From: Clostridia bacterium
GTDB taxonomy: Bacteria; Bacillota; Clostridia; UMGS1840
Length of the DNA stretch: 64,000 nucleotides
Assembly: GCA_045661305.1 (NCBI GenBank)
Contig: JAZRFJ010000001.1
Location: 2,970 to 66,969 of the forward strand
Direction: 5' to 3'
Position 1 is the stretch's first letter, and every line of letters begins with the position of its first letter. The notes under the pieces are model-generated. The model did not search any database, had not been told where the DNA came from, and was given only the letters and a program-made list of their open reading frames with translations. Position numbers and translations under genes: made by a program. Below, piece by piece: positions 36,100-45,331 of this stretch.

Positions 36100-38154
36100 T
36101 TATCTATATTTGAAAAATCCCGTTTCCTTTTCAAAAGGCATCATATCTTTATCTTCTTTTTTGACTTCTTCTTTAGTAACATTATTATCCTCGATTTCAT
36201 AATCAAAGAAATCATTTTCCTCCTCCATTTCAAACGGAAGCGGGAAAACAGGAGCTGTTTCCTTGGCAAACTGTTCTTCATGCGGCATTTCATAATCGAA
36301 AAATTCGTCTTCGTCTTCAAACGGAAGCGGATTATTTACTACTTCTTCAAGTGGTTGCGTTTCTTGTATTTCATATTCAAAAAATGCTTCCTCTATTTCA
36401 AACGGCATTTTTTTGTTTTCCGCACCTGCTGAAATATTATTTTTTGAAGAAGTCGGCCTTTTTTGATTCATAACTTCCATATTATATTCAAAAGTTTTTC
36501 TGACAAGTGTACGCTTTTTAATTAAGTACATAAGAATAGAAAGAAAGAATGATACAATCACTATCAGAACTACACAAAAAAGTAAAGTTTCAAGTGCCAA
36601 TGCGTTTTCAATTCTTTTTGTATTTAAAACAAGGTCTTCATATACATAAATATACTTCTGCTCGCTTTGGGAAATTGATTCACATAACTTTAAAAGTTCC
36701 CTTATTTGTCTTTTTTTGTTAAGCTTGACACCATTTTCAGAATACAAAAGCTCACTGCCCTGTTCATTTATATATCTTATGATGCTCTCATTTTGGAATT
36801 TCTTTTCTTTTATACTTGTTATAAGAGAAAGAAGAAAAATTTTATCTTTTCTGTCTGATTGAAGTACCTTTTCATAAATCATGCAAACTTGTGGATACAA
36901 AGAAAGACTAAAGTTTTCATTAATATACTTTATGTTTTCTATATCTTTAACTGAAACCTGAAGCATCCCGTCAGTTTGATATATAACCTTATCAGAAAAG
37001 TCATACAAAGGCTTTTGGTTATTAAGAAATCTTTTGAATGATATAAGTGCACAAAGTGCATCGGTAGTTTCAGCTGTAACATCAGAATTTTCATCTACCT
37101 TAAAGCTTCCGTCTTTTTGTTGGTATTTCAAAAGCCCGTCAAGGAGATTATTTCCATGCTTTATAAAACGAGCATCCTCATCAGGATTTATTCCAAGTGT
37201 ACACAATGCAGTTATGACAGCAGAAGTAGTTTTGATATTACTTTTTGAATAGGCTTTATATGAACCGTCATCTGACTGTTTTTTGGAAAGTACAGACAAA
37301 CTTTTATCTATACACATATCAACATAATGATAAAGAGTAGGCTCGTCCTCAATTCCGTATTCCTTTTCAAACTCTTCAAATGTTACTTTTATGCCTTCTT
37401 CTTTTCTTTTTTTATCAAGTTCTTTTTTAAGCTCAATAGTTTGTTCTCTTATTTCATATTTTCTTCTTTCGTTATTATAATCCTTCGCCAAAGCAAGAAT
37501 TGAAAGAGCTGAAAGATAATATGGAGATGTGCTGTCGGTTGATGTATAAGTTCCGTCAGGAAGCTGAGAATCCACTATTTTAGCCATTATATCTTCACGG
37601 AATTTTAAAATGTCAACATCATAATCATAGTTATAAGCATCAAGTGCTATAAGTCCCCATGCATAACCCTCAAGTCCGTTTTTTCCAAGAGAATAAGCCG
37701 TATCACGATTATAAATATTGTCAGCAAGAAAATCATAGCTCTTTCCGTTAGCTCCTTTTATCGTATAAGGATTTGCATTACAGGCAAGCATTGCCAAAGA
37801 CATTTGTGCACCTGTTGCGGCAGGCAAAGAGTATAACTTCTCATTTGTACTGTATTTATCACTTATAAAATTATTTAAGACCGCAGAGTAATTATTATAA
37901 TTATCCGAAAAACCTCCCTGAGAGAGTGCAACCACAAGCTTAGCATCGGAAAAATCAAAAACATTTTCCAAAACATCTGAGTTTATTATATAACCGTTTG
38001 ATTGTGATTTTTTATATGAAATTATATTTTCTATTGCAATATCAAGTTTTTCTGCTGTGCTTTTAGGTGTAGCGTAACAGCACGGAAACGACAGAAAAAA
38101 TACGAACAATACACATACGAGTTTAATTATAAAGTTAGTTTTTTTGCAGTTCAT
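36100..38154 (-). CDS. single-pass membrane protein: signal peptide, prenyltransferase/terpene-cyclase-like repeat ectodomain, TM, acidic repeat tail
   Basis: 684 aa. The ectodomain has recurrent ..QxxDGS[FY].. repeats (KKQSDDGSYKAY, KYQQKDGSFKV, DSQLPDGTYTS). The TM is at LLFCVVLIVIVSFFLSILMYLI. The tail carries 4x PFE-x3-5-FFxY[ER]. Confidence 0.7.
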   Translation of the reverse strand: MNCKKTNFIIKLVCVLFVFFLSFPCCYATPKSTAEKLDIAIENIISYKKSQSNGYIINSDVLENVFDFSDAKLVVALSQGGFSDNYNNYSAVLNNFISDKYSTNEKLYSLPAATGAQMSLAMLACNANPYTIKGANGKSYDFLADNIYNRDTAYSLGKNGLEGYAWGLIALDAYNYDYDVDILKFREDIMAKIVDSQLPDGTYTSTDSTSPYYLSALSILALAKDYNNERRKYEIREQTIELKKELDKKRKEEGIKVTFEEFEKEYGIEDEPTLYHYVDMCIDKSLSVLSKKQSDDGSYKAYSKSNIKTTSAVITALCTLGINPDEDARFIKHGNNLLDGLLKYQQKDGSFKVDENSDVTAETTDALCALISFKRFLNNQKPLYDFSDKVIYQTDGMLQVSVKDIENIKYINENFSLSLYPQVCMIYEKVLQSDRKDKIFLLSLITSIKEKKFQNESIIRYINEQGSELLYSENGVKLNKKRQIRELLKLCESISQSEQKYIYVYEDLVLNTKRIENALALETLLFCVVLIVIVSFFLSILMYLIKKRTLVRKTFEYNMEVMNQKRPTSSKNNISAGAENKKMPFEIEEAFFEYEIQETQPLEEVVNNPLPFEDEDEFFDYEMPHEEQFAKETAPVFPLPFEMEEENDFFDYEIEDNNVTKEEVKKEDKDMMPFEKETGFFKYR

Positions 38155-38251
38155 ATATTCTCACCTTTCACATATTTAATAATTATATTATATAAGAAAA
38201 AGATGTTTTTGTCAACAAAACTTAAAATTTTTTATTTTTTTGTAAAATGCC

Positions 38252-38280
38252 TTGCAAAGTAAGCCTTTATATAGTAAAAT
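38252..38280 (+). promoter_or_regulatory. putative sigma-A promoter of rarA
   Basis: TTGCAA, a 17-nt spacer, then TAAAAT, 24 nt upstream of the ATG. Confidence 0.5.
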
Positions 38281-38304
38281 ATATTCATAGGGGGTGGTTT
38301 TACC

Positions 38305-39570
38305 ATGTCAAAGCCGTTGGCAGACAGAATAAGACCTGAAAATCTTGACGAGGTTTTCGGACAAAAGCATCTTATCGGAGAAAACATGCCGCTTAGGGTT
38401 ATTGTAGAGAAAAAGGTTATCCCGAATATGATTTTTTACGGCCCAAGCGGAACAGGAAAAACAACAATTGCAAATATAATAACTAAAATTACAAACAAAA
38501 AATTGTATCAGCTTAATGCTACAAATGCTTCTGTAGCAGATATAAAGGCTATAATTTCAGACCTTGACGGTTATTTCAGCCGAGACGGTGTCGTTCTATA
38601 TCTTGATGAGATACAGAATTTCAATAAAAAGCAACAGCAATCGCTTTTGGAGTATGTTGAAAAGGGACAGATTACTCTTATTGCAGGAACAACTGAAAAT
38701 CCGAGCTTTTACATATATAATGCACTTTTATCAAGATGCAGTGTCTTTGAGTTCAAAGAATTAAACGAAGAAGACCTTATGTTTGCGATAAAAAGAGCCG
38801 TCGAAAAGCTAAACGAAACGAGTAAAGCTGTATTTTCCGATGAAGCAATAGAATACATTGCGATTAATTCCTGTGGAGATTGCAGACGGGCAATAAATGC
38901 TGTTGAAATGTGCGTTTTGACATCTAAACCTGATAAAGATAATGTTGTATTTGTTGATGAGGAAACAGCGAAGCGTGTTTGCGGAAAAAATAATTTCAGA
39001 TACGACAAATTCGGTGACAGTCATTACGATATACTTTCTGCGTTCCAAAAATCAATAAGAGGCAGTGATGAAAATGCAGCACTCCACTATCTTGCTCGCC
39101 TTATATCAGCAGGTGATATAATATCGCCTATAAGAAGACTTCTTGTTATTGCAAGTGAAGATATAGGACTTGCATATCCACAGGCGGCATCTATTGTAAA
39201 TGCACTTTGCGACAGTGCAACAAGGCTCGGACTTCCCGAAGCCCGTATTCCGCTTGCACAGGCTGTTATACTTTTGGCAACTGCACCGAAATCAAATTCT
39301 GCTATTTGTGCTATTGATATGGCACTTAGTGATGTTACTACTATTAACTGCGGTGATATTCCCGCTCATCTTAAAGATTCGCATTATGCTTTTTCAAAAG
39401 AGCTTGGTCACGGTCTTGATTATAAATATCCCCATGACTTTAAGAACCACTATGTTAAACAGCAGTATTTGCCCGACCCGATAAAAGAAAGAATTTACTA
39501 CAATTATTCGGATAATAAAATGGAAGAGCAGATGAAAGCATATGCACAGAAAATAGGGAAAATTAAATAA
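38305..39570 (+). CDS. rarA: replication-associated recombination protein A (RarA/MgsA AAA+ ATPase)
   Basis: 421 aa with Walker A GPSGTGKTT and Walker B LYLDEIQ, plus a MgsA C-terminal domain. Confidence 0.92.
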   Translation: MSKPLADRIRPENLDEVFGQKHLIGENMPLRVIVEKKVIPNMIFYGPSGTGKTTIANIITKITNKKLYQLNATNASVADIKAIISDLDGYFSRDGVVLYLDEIQNFNKKQQQSLLEYVEKGQITLIAGTTENPSFYIYNALLSRCSVFEFKELNEEDLMFAIKRAVEKLNETSKAVFSDEAIEYIAINSCGDCRRAINAVEMCVLTSKPDKDNVVFVDEETAKRVCGKNNFRYDKFGDSHYDILSAFQKSIRGSDENAALHYLARLISAGDIISPIRRLLVIASEDIGLAYPQAASIVNALCDSATRLGLPEARIPLAQAVILLATAPKSNSAICAIDMALSDVTTINCGDIPAHLKDSHYAFSKELGHGLDYKYPHDFKNHYVKQQYLPDPIKERIYYNYSDNKMEEQMKAYAQKIGKIK

Positions 39571-39667
39571 ATATATATAAGATGCTGTCAGAATTTTGAA
39601 CAGCATCTTTTTTGTAAATTTCTTTTCCGCGCATCTCCCTAAAAAGAATAAAATTTTAAAATTTCTA

Positions 39668-39696
39668 TTGACAAATCCCCAATAATGATGTATAAT
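39668..39696 (+). promoter_or_regulatory. consensus sigma-A promoter of the solitary tRNA
   Basis: TTGACA, a 17-nt spacer, then TATAAT, ending 14 nt before the tRNA 5' end. Confidence 0.75.
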
Positions 39697-39710
39697 TAGC
39701 TTTGTTGTGA

Positions 39711-39785
39711 GGCGGATTGGTCAAGCGGTTAAGACACGGCCCTCACAAGGCCGAAACACGGGTTCGATTCCCGTATCCGTCACCA
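39711..39785 (+). tRNA. tRNA-Val (anticodon CAC), CCA encoded
   Basis: Hand-folded cloverleaf: acceptor ggcggat/atccgtc (G2-U71 wobble), anticodon stem cggcc/ggccg, loop cuCACaa, T-loop GTTCGATTC, discriminator A73. Confidence 0.8.
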
Positions 39786-39876
39786 GACACACAAAAAGAA
39801 TAAAGAATAGTAGCTGAATTAACTCATTTACTTATTCTCTATTCTTTATTTTTTTATTTTAAAACGAGGTTATATA

Positions 39877-40593
39877 ATGAAAGAATATTTTAAACGCACA
39901 GAATATCTTCTTGGTGCAGCTTCGATGGAGAGATTAAAAAACTCCCGAATTGCAGTATTTGGGATAGGCGGTGTCGGCGGATATGTTTGCGAAGCACTTA
40001 TAAGAAGTGGGATAGGTCAGATTGATATATTTGACAATGATACAATAAGCGAAACTAATATAAACAGGCAGATTATTGCAACTGTTGATACAATAGGAAA
40101 ACCAAAAACCCAAGTTATGAAAAAAAGGTTACTCTCAATTAATCCGTCTTCCGTTGTTAATGAGCACAATGTTTTTTATTCATCAAAAAACAGCGCTGAT
40201 TACGATTTTTCCATATTTGATTATGTTGTTGATGCTATTGATACCGTAAGCTCAAAAATAGAACTTATACAAAAATGCAAAGAAACAGATACAAGAATTA
40301 TAAGCTGTATGGGAACAGGAAACAAGCTTGACCCTACTAAGCTTGAAATTTCAGATATTTCAAAAACCTCTGTTTGTCCTCTTGCCCGTGTCATGAGATA
40401 TGAACTAAAGAAAAGGAACATAAAAAAGCTTAAAGTTCTTTATTCTAAAGAAATACCTATAAAACCAACTGTAAGTTTCAATGAGGATTTACCATCAGGT
40501 AAACGCTCCGTACCCGGAAGCACCGCTTTTGTTCCCTCAGCGGCAGGTTTAATAATTGCAAGTGAGGTAGTAAAAGACATACTTAATAACTGA
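39877..40593 (+). CDS. tcdA: tRNA threonylcarbamoyladenosine dehydratase (ThiF/E1-like, TcdA)
   Basis: 238 aa with the Rossmann motif GIGGVGG and a TcdA-type layout. Confidence 0.85.
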   Translation: MKEYFKRTEYLLGAASMERLKNSRIAVFGIGGVGGYVCEALIRSGIGQIDIFDNDTISETNINRQIIATVDTIGKPKTQVMKKRLLSINPSSVVNEHNVFYSSKNSADYDFSIFDYVVDAIDTVSSKIELIQKCKETDTRIISCMGTGNKLDPTKLEISDISKTSVCPLARVMRYELKKRNIKKLKVLYSKEIPIKPTVSFNEDLPSGKRSVPGSTAFVPSAAGLIIASEVVKDILNN

Positions 40594-40600
40594 TTGAAAT

Positions 40601-40635
40601 CAAAAGAGCTGTGATATCACAGCTCTTTTTGTTTT
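40601..40635. terminator. bidirectional terminator between tcdA and the DUF4340 gene
   Basis: Stem aagagctgtga/tcacagctctt flanked by A and T runs. Confidence 0.7.
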
Positions 40636-40645
40636 ATATACAATT

Positions 40646-42022
40646 TTATTTTTTCTCCAAAATTTCTTTTATGTTCTTCACAGCCTCAGGCAAACGCTTT
40701 TTAAGAAGAATTTTTTCTCCTTTTCCGTTTTTTGCGAGAATATAATTTCTGTCATCATATGAAACATATTCATATTTAACTGTTTTTCCGTCTGTGTACT
40801 TAAATGTAACAGTATATTCTCCGCCTTTTGTATCAATAGGTTTAGGAAGCATGGTATCAACAGTTATACCTATTATTTCACGATATGCCTCTTTGAAATC
40901 ATCCTCTTTTATATCTTTACCGTTTATTTTGTAGCTGTAGCTGTCCTCTTTTCCCGATATATCAAAAGCAAATTTTTCTCCCTTACCCTCTATAACAACC
41001 TGATTTATTTTTGTTATAAGAACAAGATGTGCCGATTTATCCATAAGTAAATCAGGAGTAAAGGTATCAAGCAAATTATAAAGTGATGGTTCCATAGCAA
41101 AAATGTAATTTTCACCGTTAAAAACAGTATAAACATAACCGTTTTTATCCTTGTTTCCAAATTCAAACACATGCTTATTTGTTCCATCCTCGATTGTAAC
41201 AGTTTTCTTTCCTATTCCGTATTTACCTTTATTACTTATACTGTCATCAGCAAGAAAATACCCTATATTAACTGTATATCCGTTTTCTGAAAGCATTTGA
41301 TAAAACGGTGTAAGTCTGTCCTCATTCACAGCCATTTTTTTAGGATATGTCATTACAAAGCTTGTTGTAACATCTAATATATTTGCTTCTTCTTCAGTTT
41401 CTGCAACCTTAAAGCCGACATAATCAGCACCGTCTTTTTTAATCATAACTGATTTTACATCAGGTGTGATAGTCGCAAGGGTAGTCTGTCTGAAACCGTC
41501 TGTATGTGTAGTAAAATACGATGCAATATAAGGTAAGACTGCATAAGTTCTGCCCTCATACTCCAAGAAATGCTGATTTTGACCGATAACCTCATTCCCA
41601 AGTATTACAGTTTTATCTGTTCCGTCTTTAAAATGAATTGTCACTCTTGCACATTCCGAAAACCCTACATCTTCACCCGTAAGTTCCTTTTGTGCCCTTA
41701 TTGAAAGAAATGAATTAAATGTACCTGACATAAGCGATGAGGAATACGGTATGCCTTTGTTATTAAGAAGCTCATATTCGCCTTCGCCTTTATTTACGAT
41801 AGTAAAGGTTTGTTTTTCATTTTTAACGGTAACACTGTCAACATCTTTATTTTCAAAGTCAGTTACAACGATATCCTCTGAAACATCTGAGAAAGAATTG
41901 TCTTCCTGTACATCGTTTGTGTTTAAATCGGGCATTTTCAGTGCAAAAACAAGTCCGACACAAAGAATACCGATAACAACAACAGCAATAACAATATTTC
42001 TTATAAGCTTTTTATTATTCAT
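40646..42022 (-). CDS. DUF4340-like membrane-anchored protein (GldG-operon accessory)
   Basis: 458 aa with an N-terminal TM anchor. It is the last gene of the ABC/GldG operon, the usual position for DUF4340. Confidence 0.6.
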   Translation of the reverse strand: MNNKKLIRNIVIAVVVIGILCVGLVFALKMPDLNTNDVQEDNSFSDVSEDIVVTDFENKDVDSVTVKNEKQTFTIVNKGEGEYELLNNKGIPYSSSLMSGTFNSFLSIRAQKELTGEDVGFSECARVTIHFKDGTDKTVILGNEVIGQNQHFLEYEGRTYAVLPYIASYFTTHTDGFRQTTLATITPDVKSVMIKKDGADYVGFKVAETEEEANILDVTTSFVMTYPKKMAVNEDRLTPFYQMLSENGYTVNIGYFLADDSISNKGKYGIGKKTVTIEDGTNKHVFEFGNKDKNGYVYTVFNGENYIFAMEPSLYNLLDTFTPDLLMDKSAHLVLITKINQVVIEGKGEKFAFDISGKEDSYSYKINGKDIKEDDFKEAYREIIGITVDTMLPKPIDTKGGEYTVTFKYTDGKTVKYEYVSYDDRNYILAKNGKGEKILLKKRLPEAVKNIKEILEKK

Positions 42023-43440
42023 TACAGATATCTCCTCTTAAGCCATATGATTATGCCTGCAAGAAGAAGTCCCACAGGGATAAGCCATACAAGCACATAA
42101 TAAAGAACGGTAATCACAACATCATTAGGACGTGTAAAAAGTCCTTTTGTAATGATTTTTGAAGAAATCTTTAACGAATCACTTGAGTTTGTAAGGTAAG
42201 TAACTGCATTTTCAGTAAACTCGCTGTTTGCACGGTTTCCTGTCATCTGTTCTGTAAGCTCAAAAGCAAGCACATTTCCGATAGCAAAAACTGATGCTGT
42301 TTTTTCTTCACCGCTATCTGTTACAACCGTTTTTTCGCTAAGCACACACAAATCAACAGATCCTTGTAAATCGTTATCATCAAATTCAAATGAGCTTGCA
42401 TTAAGATTTGTTTCCACAAATGAATCATTTGATGATTTTACAAGTGATGTTACAGTTGCTTTTTGAGGATTGTTCTCCACTATATCAAATCCCATTGTGC
42501 CACCTACAAACATAACAGGAAGCTTTAAGGAAATAATATTTGAAGTTATCTGATGTTCCTGCAAATCAGGTGCAAATTCAACGGGTGAGCCGAGTGTTTT
42601 TGTTGAATCATTTTCTATAACATAACCATGAACAGGCTTTATTCCCCATTCTAAAAGGTAGCTTTCAAATGTCGGACATGAGTTAAGTCCTGGTGAATAT
42701 AGCAAAACAAGCTTTCCGCCATTATCCAGAAAAGCATCTATTTTTTCGCATTCCGAAGCGGAAAAGTCAGATGACGGCATAACAGTTGCCAAAACATCAG
42801 CATCCTCAGGAATAGGTGCATTCATAATTGATATTGTTTCTATATCGTTATCCTTATCTTCTATTACACTGTTGAAGGTTGATGTTTCTCTCTCTCCGTG
42901 ACCTTCGAGGAAATAGAATTTATTTTCTGTTACCTTTCCCGTAACAAACAAAATTCCGTTTGTGAGCTTTGATTCAAGGTCAAAGCTTGACATACTTGAC
43001 TGACCTGTTGAAGAAAGGTTTTTCACTAAATTTGCAACGGAAATAACCTTGTAGCTATCCCCATATTCCAAAATTATATCGCCCTCCGATATAGCTTCAC
43101 CAAGCTGTTGATACTTAGTGAGCATTGTCTGATTTTTATATATGTCAATAAACTGAAAATCTATTTTATTTGTAAGCTGTCTATATCTTTGAAGATACTC
43201 TTTAACACGAACATCAACATATTCTTCAGGTGCTAAAACATATGCCTTAACTTCTACATCAAGCTCCTTTAAAATATCTTTTGTTTCCTCGGATATTTCA
43301 TAAATTTTATCCTCTGTCAAATCTATTTTGAGAGGCACTTTTGATGATATTGTTGTAACTATGAGATTAATAAGTATAACTGCAATAACTACAACTGCAG
43401 TTATAACCCAGGAATTAACCTTGTATTTTGTATTTTTCAT
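42022..43440 (-). CDS. GldG-like ABC-transporter auxiliary protein (ABC_transp_aux family)
   Basis: 472 aa with TM segments at both ends and a large external domain. It follows an ABC-2 permease. Confidence 0.7.
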   Translation of the reverse strand: MKNTKYKVNSWVITAVVVIAVILINLIVTTISSKVPLKIDLTEDKIYEISEETKDILKELDVEVKAYVLAPEEYVDVRVKEYLQRYRQLTNKIDFQFIDIYKNQTMLTKYQQLGEAISEGDIILEYGDSYKVISVANLVKNLSSTGQSSMSSFDLESKLTNGILFVTGKVTENKFYFLEGHGERETSTFNSVIEDKDNDIETISIMNAPIPEDADVLATVMPSSDFSASECEKIDAFLDNGGKLVLLYSPGLNSCPTFESYLLEWGIKPVHGYVIENDSTKTLGSPVEFAPDLQEHQITSNIISLKLPVMFVGGTMGFDIVENNPQKATVTSLVKSSNDSFVETNLNASSFEFDDNDLQGSVDLCVLSEKTVVTDSGEEKTASVFAIGNVLAFELTEQMTGNRANSEFTENAVTYLTNSSDSLKISSKIITKGLFTRPNDVVITVLYYVLVWLIPVGLLLAGIIIWLKRRYL

Positions 43441-43455
43441 CCTAAATCCCCTCCC

Positions 43456-44160
43456 TTACTTATATCTTCTTGTTTCGATATTTCTTTTTGCAAGGAAAAG
43501 AAATACACCAATAAAGCTTAAATAATAAATAATATTCGGCAAATTAAGAAGTCCACTCTGAAAATCTGTATATCTGCCCATTACAGAAAACCAACTAACA
43601 ATTTCTTTTAACACTTCATTTGTAATGCTTGTTGTCCAGCTGTCAAGCTGATAAACAAAGAAAAGCGAAACAAATGTTAAAATAGCTGAAACAACCTGGC
43701 TTTCAGTACATGATGAAATGAATAGCCCTACTGCTATAAATACACCCCATATAAGCATGAAGCCTATATACTGTCCAACAACTTCACTCATTATAGGTGA
43801 GCCTATCACAGAAAAAATAACAGGATATATAAGAGTTATAACACAGCCTACTCCAAACACAGCATATGCCGCAAAGAATTTTCCAAGTACAATATCCCAC
43901 ACACTTACGGGTGCAGTAATCAAAAGCTGGTCTGTTTTTTTAGCCTTTTCTTCTGATAAAAGTTGCATTGTAAGAACAGGTACAATAAAAAGACAAAGCA
44001 CATTTACATAGTTTAATATGTAGTCAACTGATGCCTGTGTTGTATATAACATAATCGCATAAAACTGCATTGACGCAAGAAAAATAAACGGAGCTAAAAA
44101 CACATATGCAATCGGAGTTTTAAAATAATTTTTGAATTCTTTTTTAAATATCGCACTCAT
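43456..44160 (-). CDS. ABC-2 type transporter permease (GldF-like)
   Basis: 234 aa with six TM segments. It is translationally coupled to the ATPase. Confidence 0.8.
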   Translation of the reverse strand: MSAIFKKEFKNYFKTPIAYVFLAPFIFLASMQFYAIMLYTTQASVDYILNYVNVLCLFIVPVLTMQLLSEEKAKKTDQLLITAPVSVWDIVLGKFFAAYAVFGVGCVITLIYPVIFSVIGSPIMSEVVGQYIGFMLIWGVFIAVGLFISSCTESQVVSAILTFVSLFFVYQLDSWTTSITNEVLKEIVSWFSVMGRYTDFQSGLLNLPNIIYYLSFIGVFLFLAKRNIETRRYK

Positions 44161-45254
44161 TATTCTTCCTCCTCGCTTTCTCTAGGCTCAGTTTTTTCTT
44201 CCAAAGCTACCTCTTCTTTTTCTTCTTTTTCTTCAGGTTTCACAAAAATACTCTTTATTTTTTCAATAAAAGAAACTGGCTTTTCTTCATCGTCCAAAGA
44301 TTCGTGAATTTCCTCACTTGTAACACGCACAAAAACATCCTCTAAAGTCGATTTTCTTCTTTCAAAACCTAAAATAACCATTCCCTCGTCTTTAAAAAGA
44401 TTAAAAAGCTTTTCACGGATATCTTCATCCTTGTCAAGAGAGGATATTTCGATTTCAACAACACCCTGCTCCTTTGGTGAATCTATGATATGAGTTCCTA
44501 TAAAATCAGTGTTGCTTACGATTTCATTCACACGGTTTCTCTCGCCTTTTATCTTCATAAGATATGTATTTGTTTCACCGCCTGAAAGGTTCTCTATCGT
44601 ATCCTGTGCAACAATTCTTCCTTTATTTATAATAATAACTCTGTCACAAAGTGCAGTAACTTCCTGCAAAATATGTGTGCTTAAAATAACAGTTCTTTCT
44701 TTGCCGAGCTTTTTTATAACATTTCTTATCTCAATAATCTGTGTTGGGTCAAGACCAACAGTAGGCTCGTCTAATATAAGAACTTCAGGATTTCCGATAA
44801 GTGCACCCGCAAGTCCCACTCTTTGCTTATAACCTTTTGAAAGGTTTCTTATAAGGCGGTTTTTCATATGAGTAATGCCAACCTGTGACATAACAAGCTC
44901 AATATGCTCTTTCTTCTCCTCCTCATTCCCTTTTACACCCTTTAAATCATATACAAAATCAAGGTACTCATTAGGTGTCATTTCGTTATAAATAGGCGGA
45001 TGCTCAGGAAGATAGCCTATCTTTCTTTTAGCCTCTTTCGGATTATCAAGGATGTCAAATCCGCAAACACTCACCTTTCCGCTTGTTTTTGATAAATAGC
45101 CTGTCAGGATATTCATTGTTGTACTCTTTCCCGCACCATTAGGTCCCAAAAAGCCTAAAATTTCGCCCTTTGAAACTGAAAATGATATATCGTTGACAGC
45201 TTTATTGCTTCCGTATTTTTTAGTAAGTCCGGAAATTTCTATAACTGTACTCAC
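44160..45254 (-). CDS. ABC transporter ATP-binding protein (GldA-like) with acidic C-terminal tail
   Basis: Walker A GPNGAGKST, signature LSKGYKQR, Walker B LILDEP. The tail is EEKEEKEEVALEEKTEPRESEEEE. Confidence 0.9.
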   Translation of the reverse strand: MSTVIEISGLTKKYGSNKAVNDISFSVSKGEILGFLGPNGAGKSTTMNILTGYLSKTSGKVSVCGFDILDNPKEAKRKIGYLPEHPPIYNEMTPNEYLDFVYDLKGVKGNEEEKKEHIELVMSQVGITHMKNRLIRNLSKGYKQRVGLAGALIGNPEVLILDEPTVGLDPTQIIEIRNVIKKLGKERTVILSTHILQEVTALCDRVIIINKGRIVAQDTIENLSGGETNTYLMKIKGERNRVNEIVSNTDFIGTHIIDSPKEQGVVEIEISSLDKDEDIREKLFNLFKDEGMVILGFERRKSTLEDVFVRVTSEEIHESLDDEEKPVSFIEKIKSIFVKPEEKEEKEEVALEEKTEPRESEEEE

Positions 45255-45331
45255 TTTCGTTTTCCTCCCAAAAAATTAATCACTTTTTTATTATATAACA
45301 AATATATGTTTTTTTCAAGAACTTTTTTTAT

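Noticed and set aside
36022-36432. 136-aa + strand ORF (F/K/I-rich)
   Set aside because: It is antisense to the acidic repeat tail of the 684-aa gene. Its composition mirrors GAA/GAG-rich codons, and it has no RBS.
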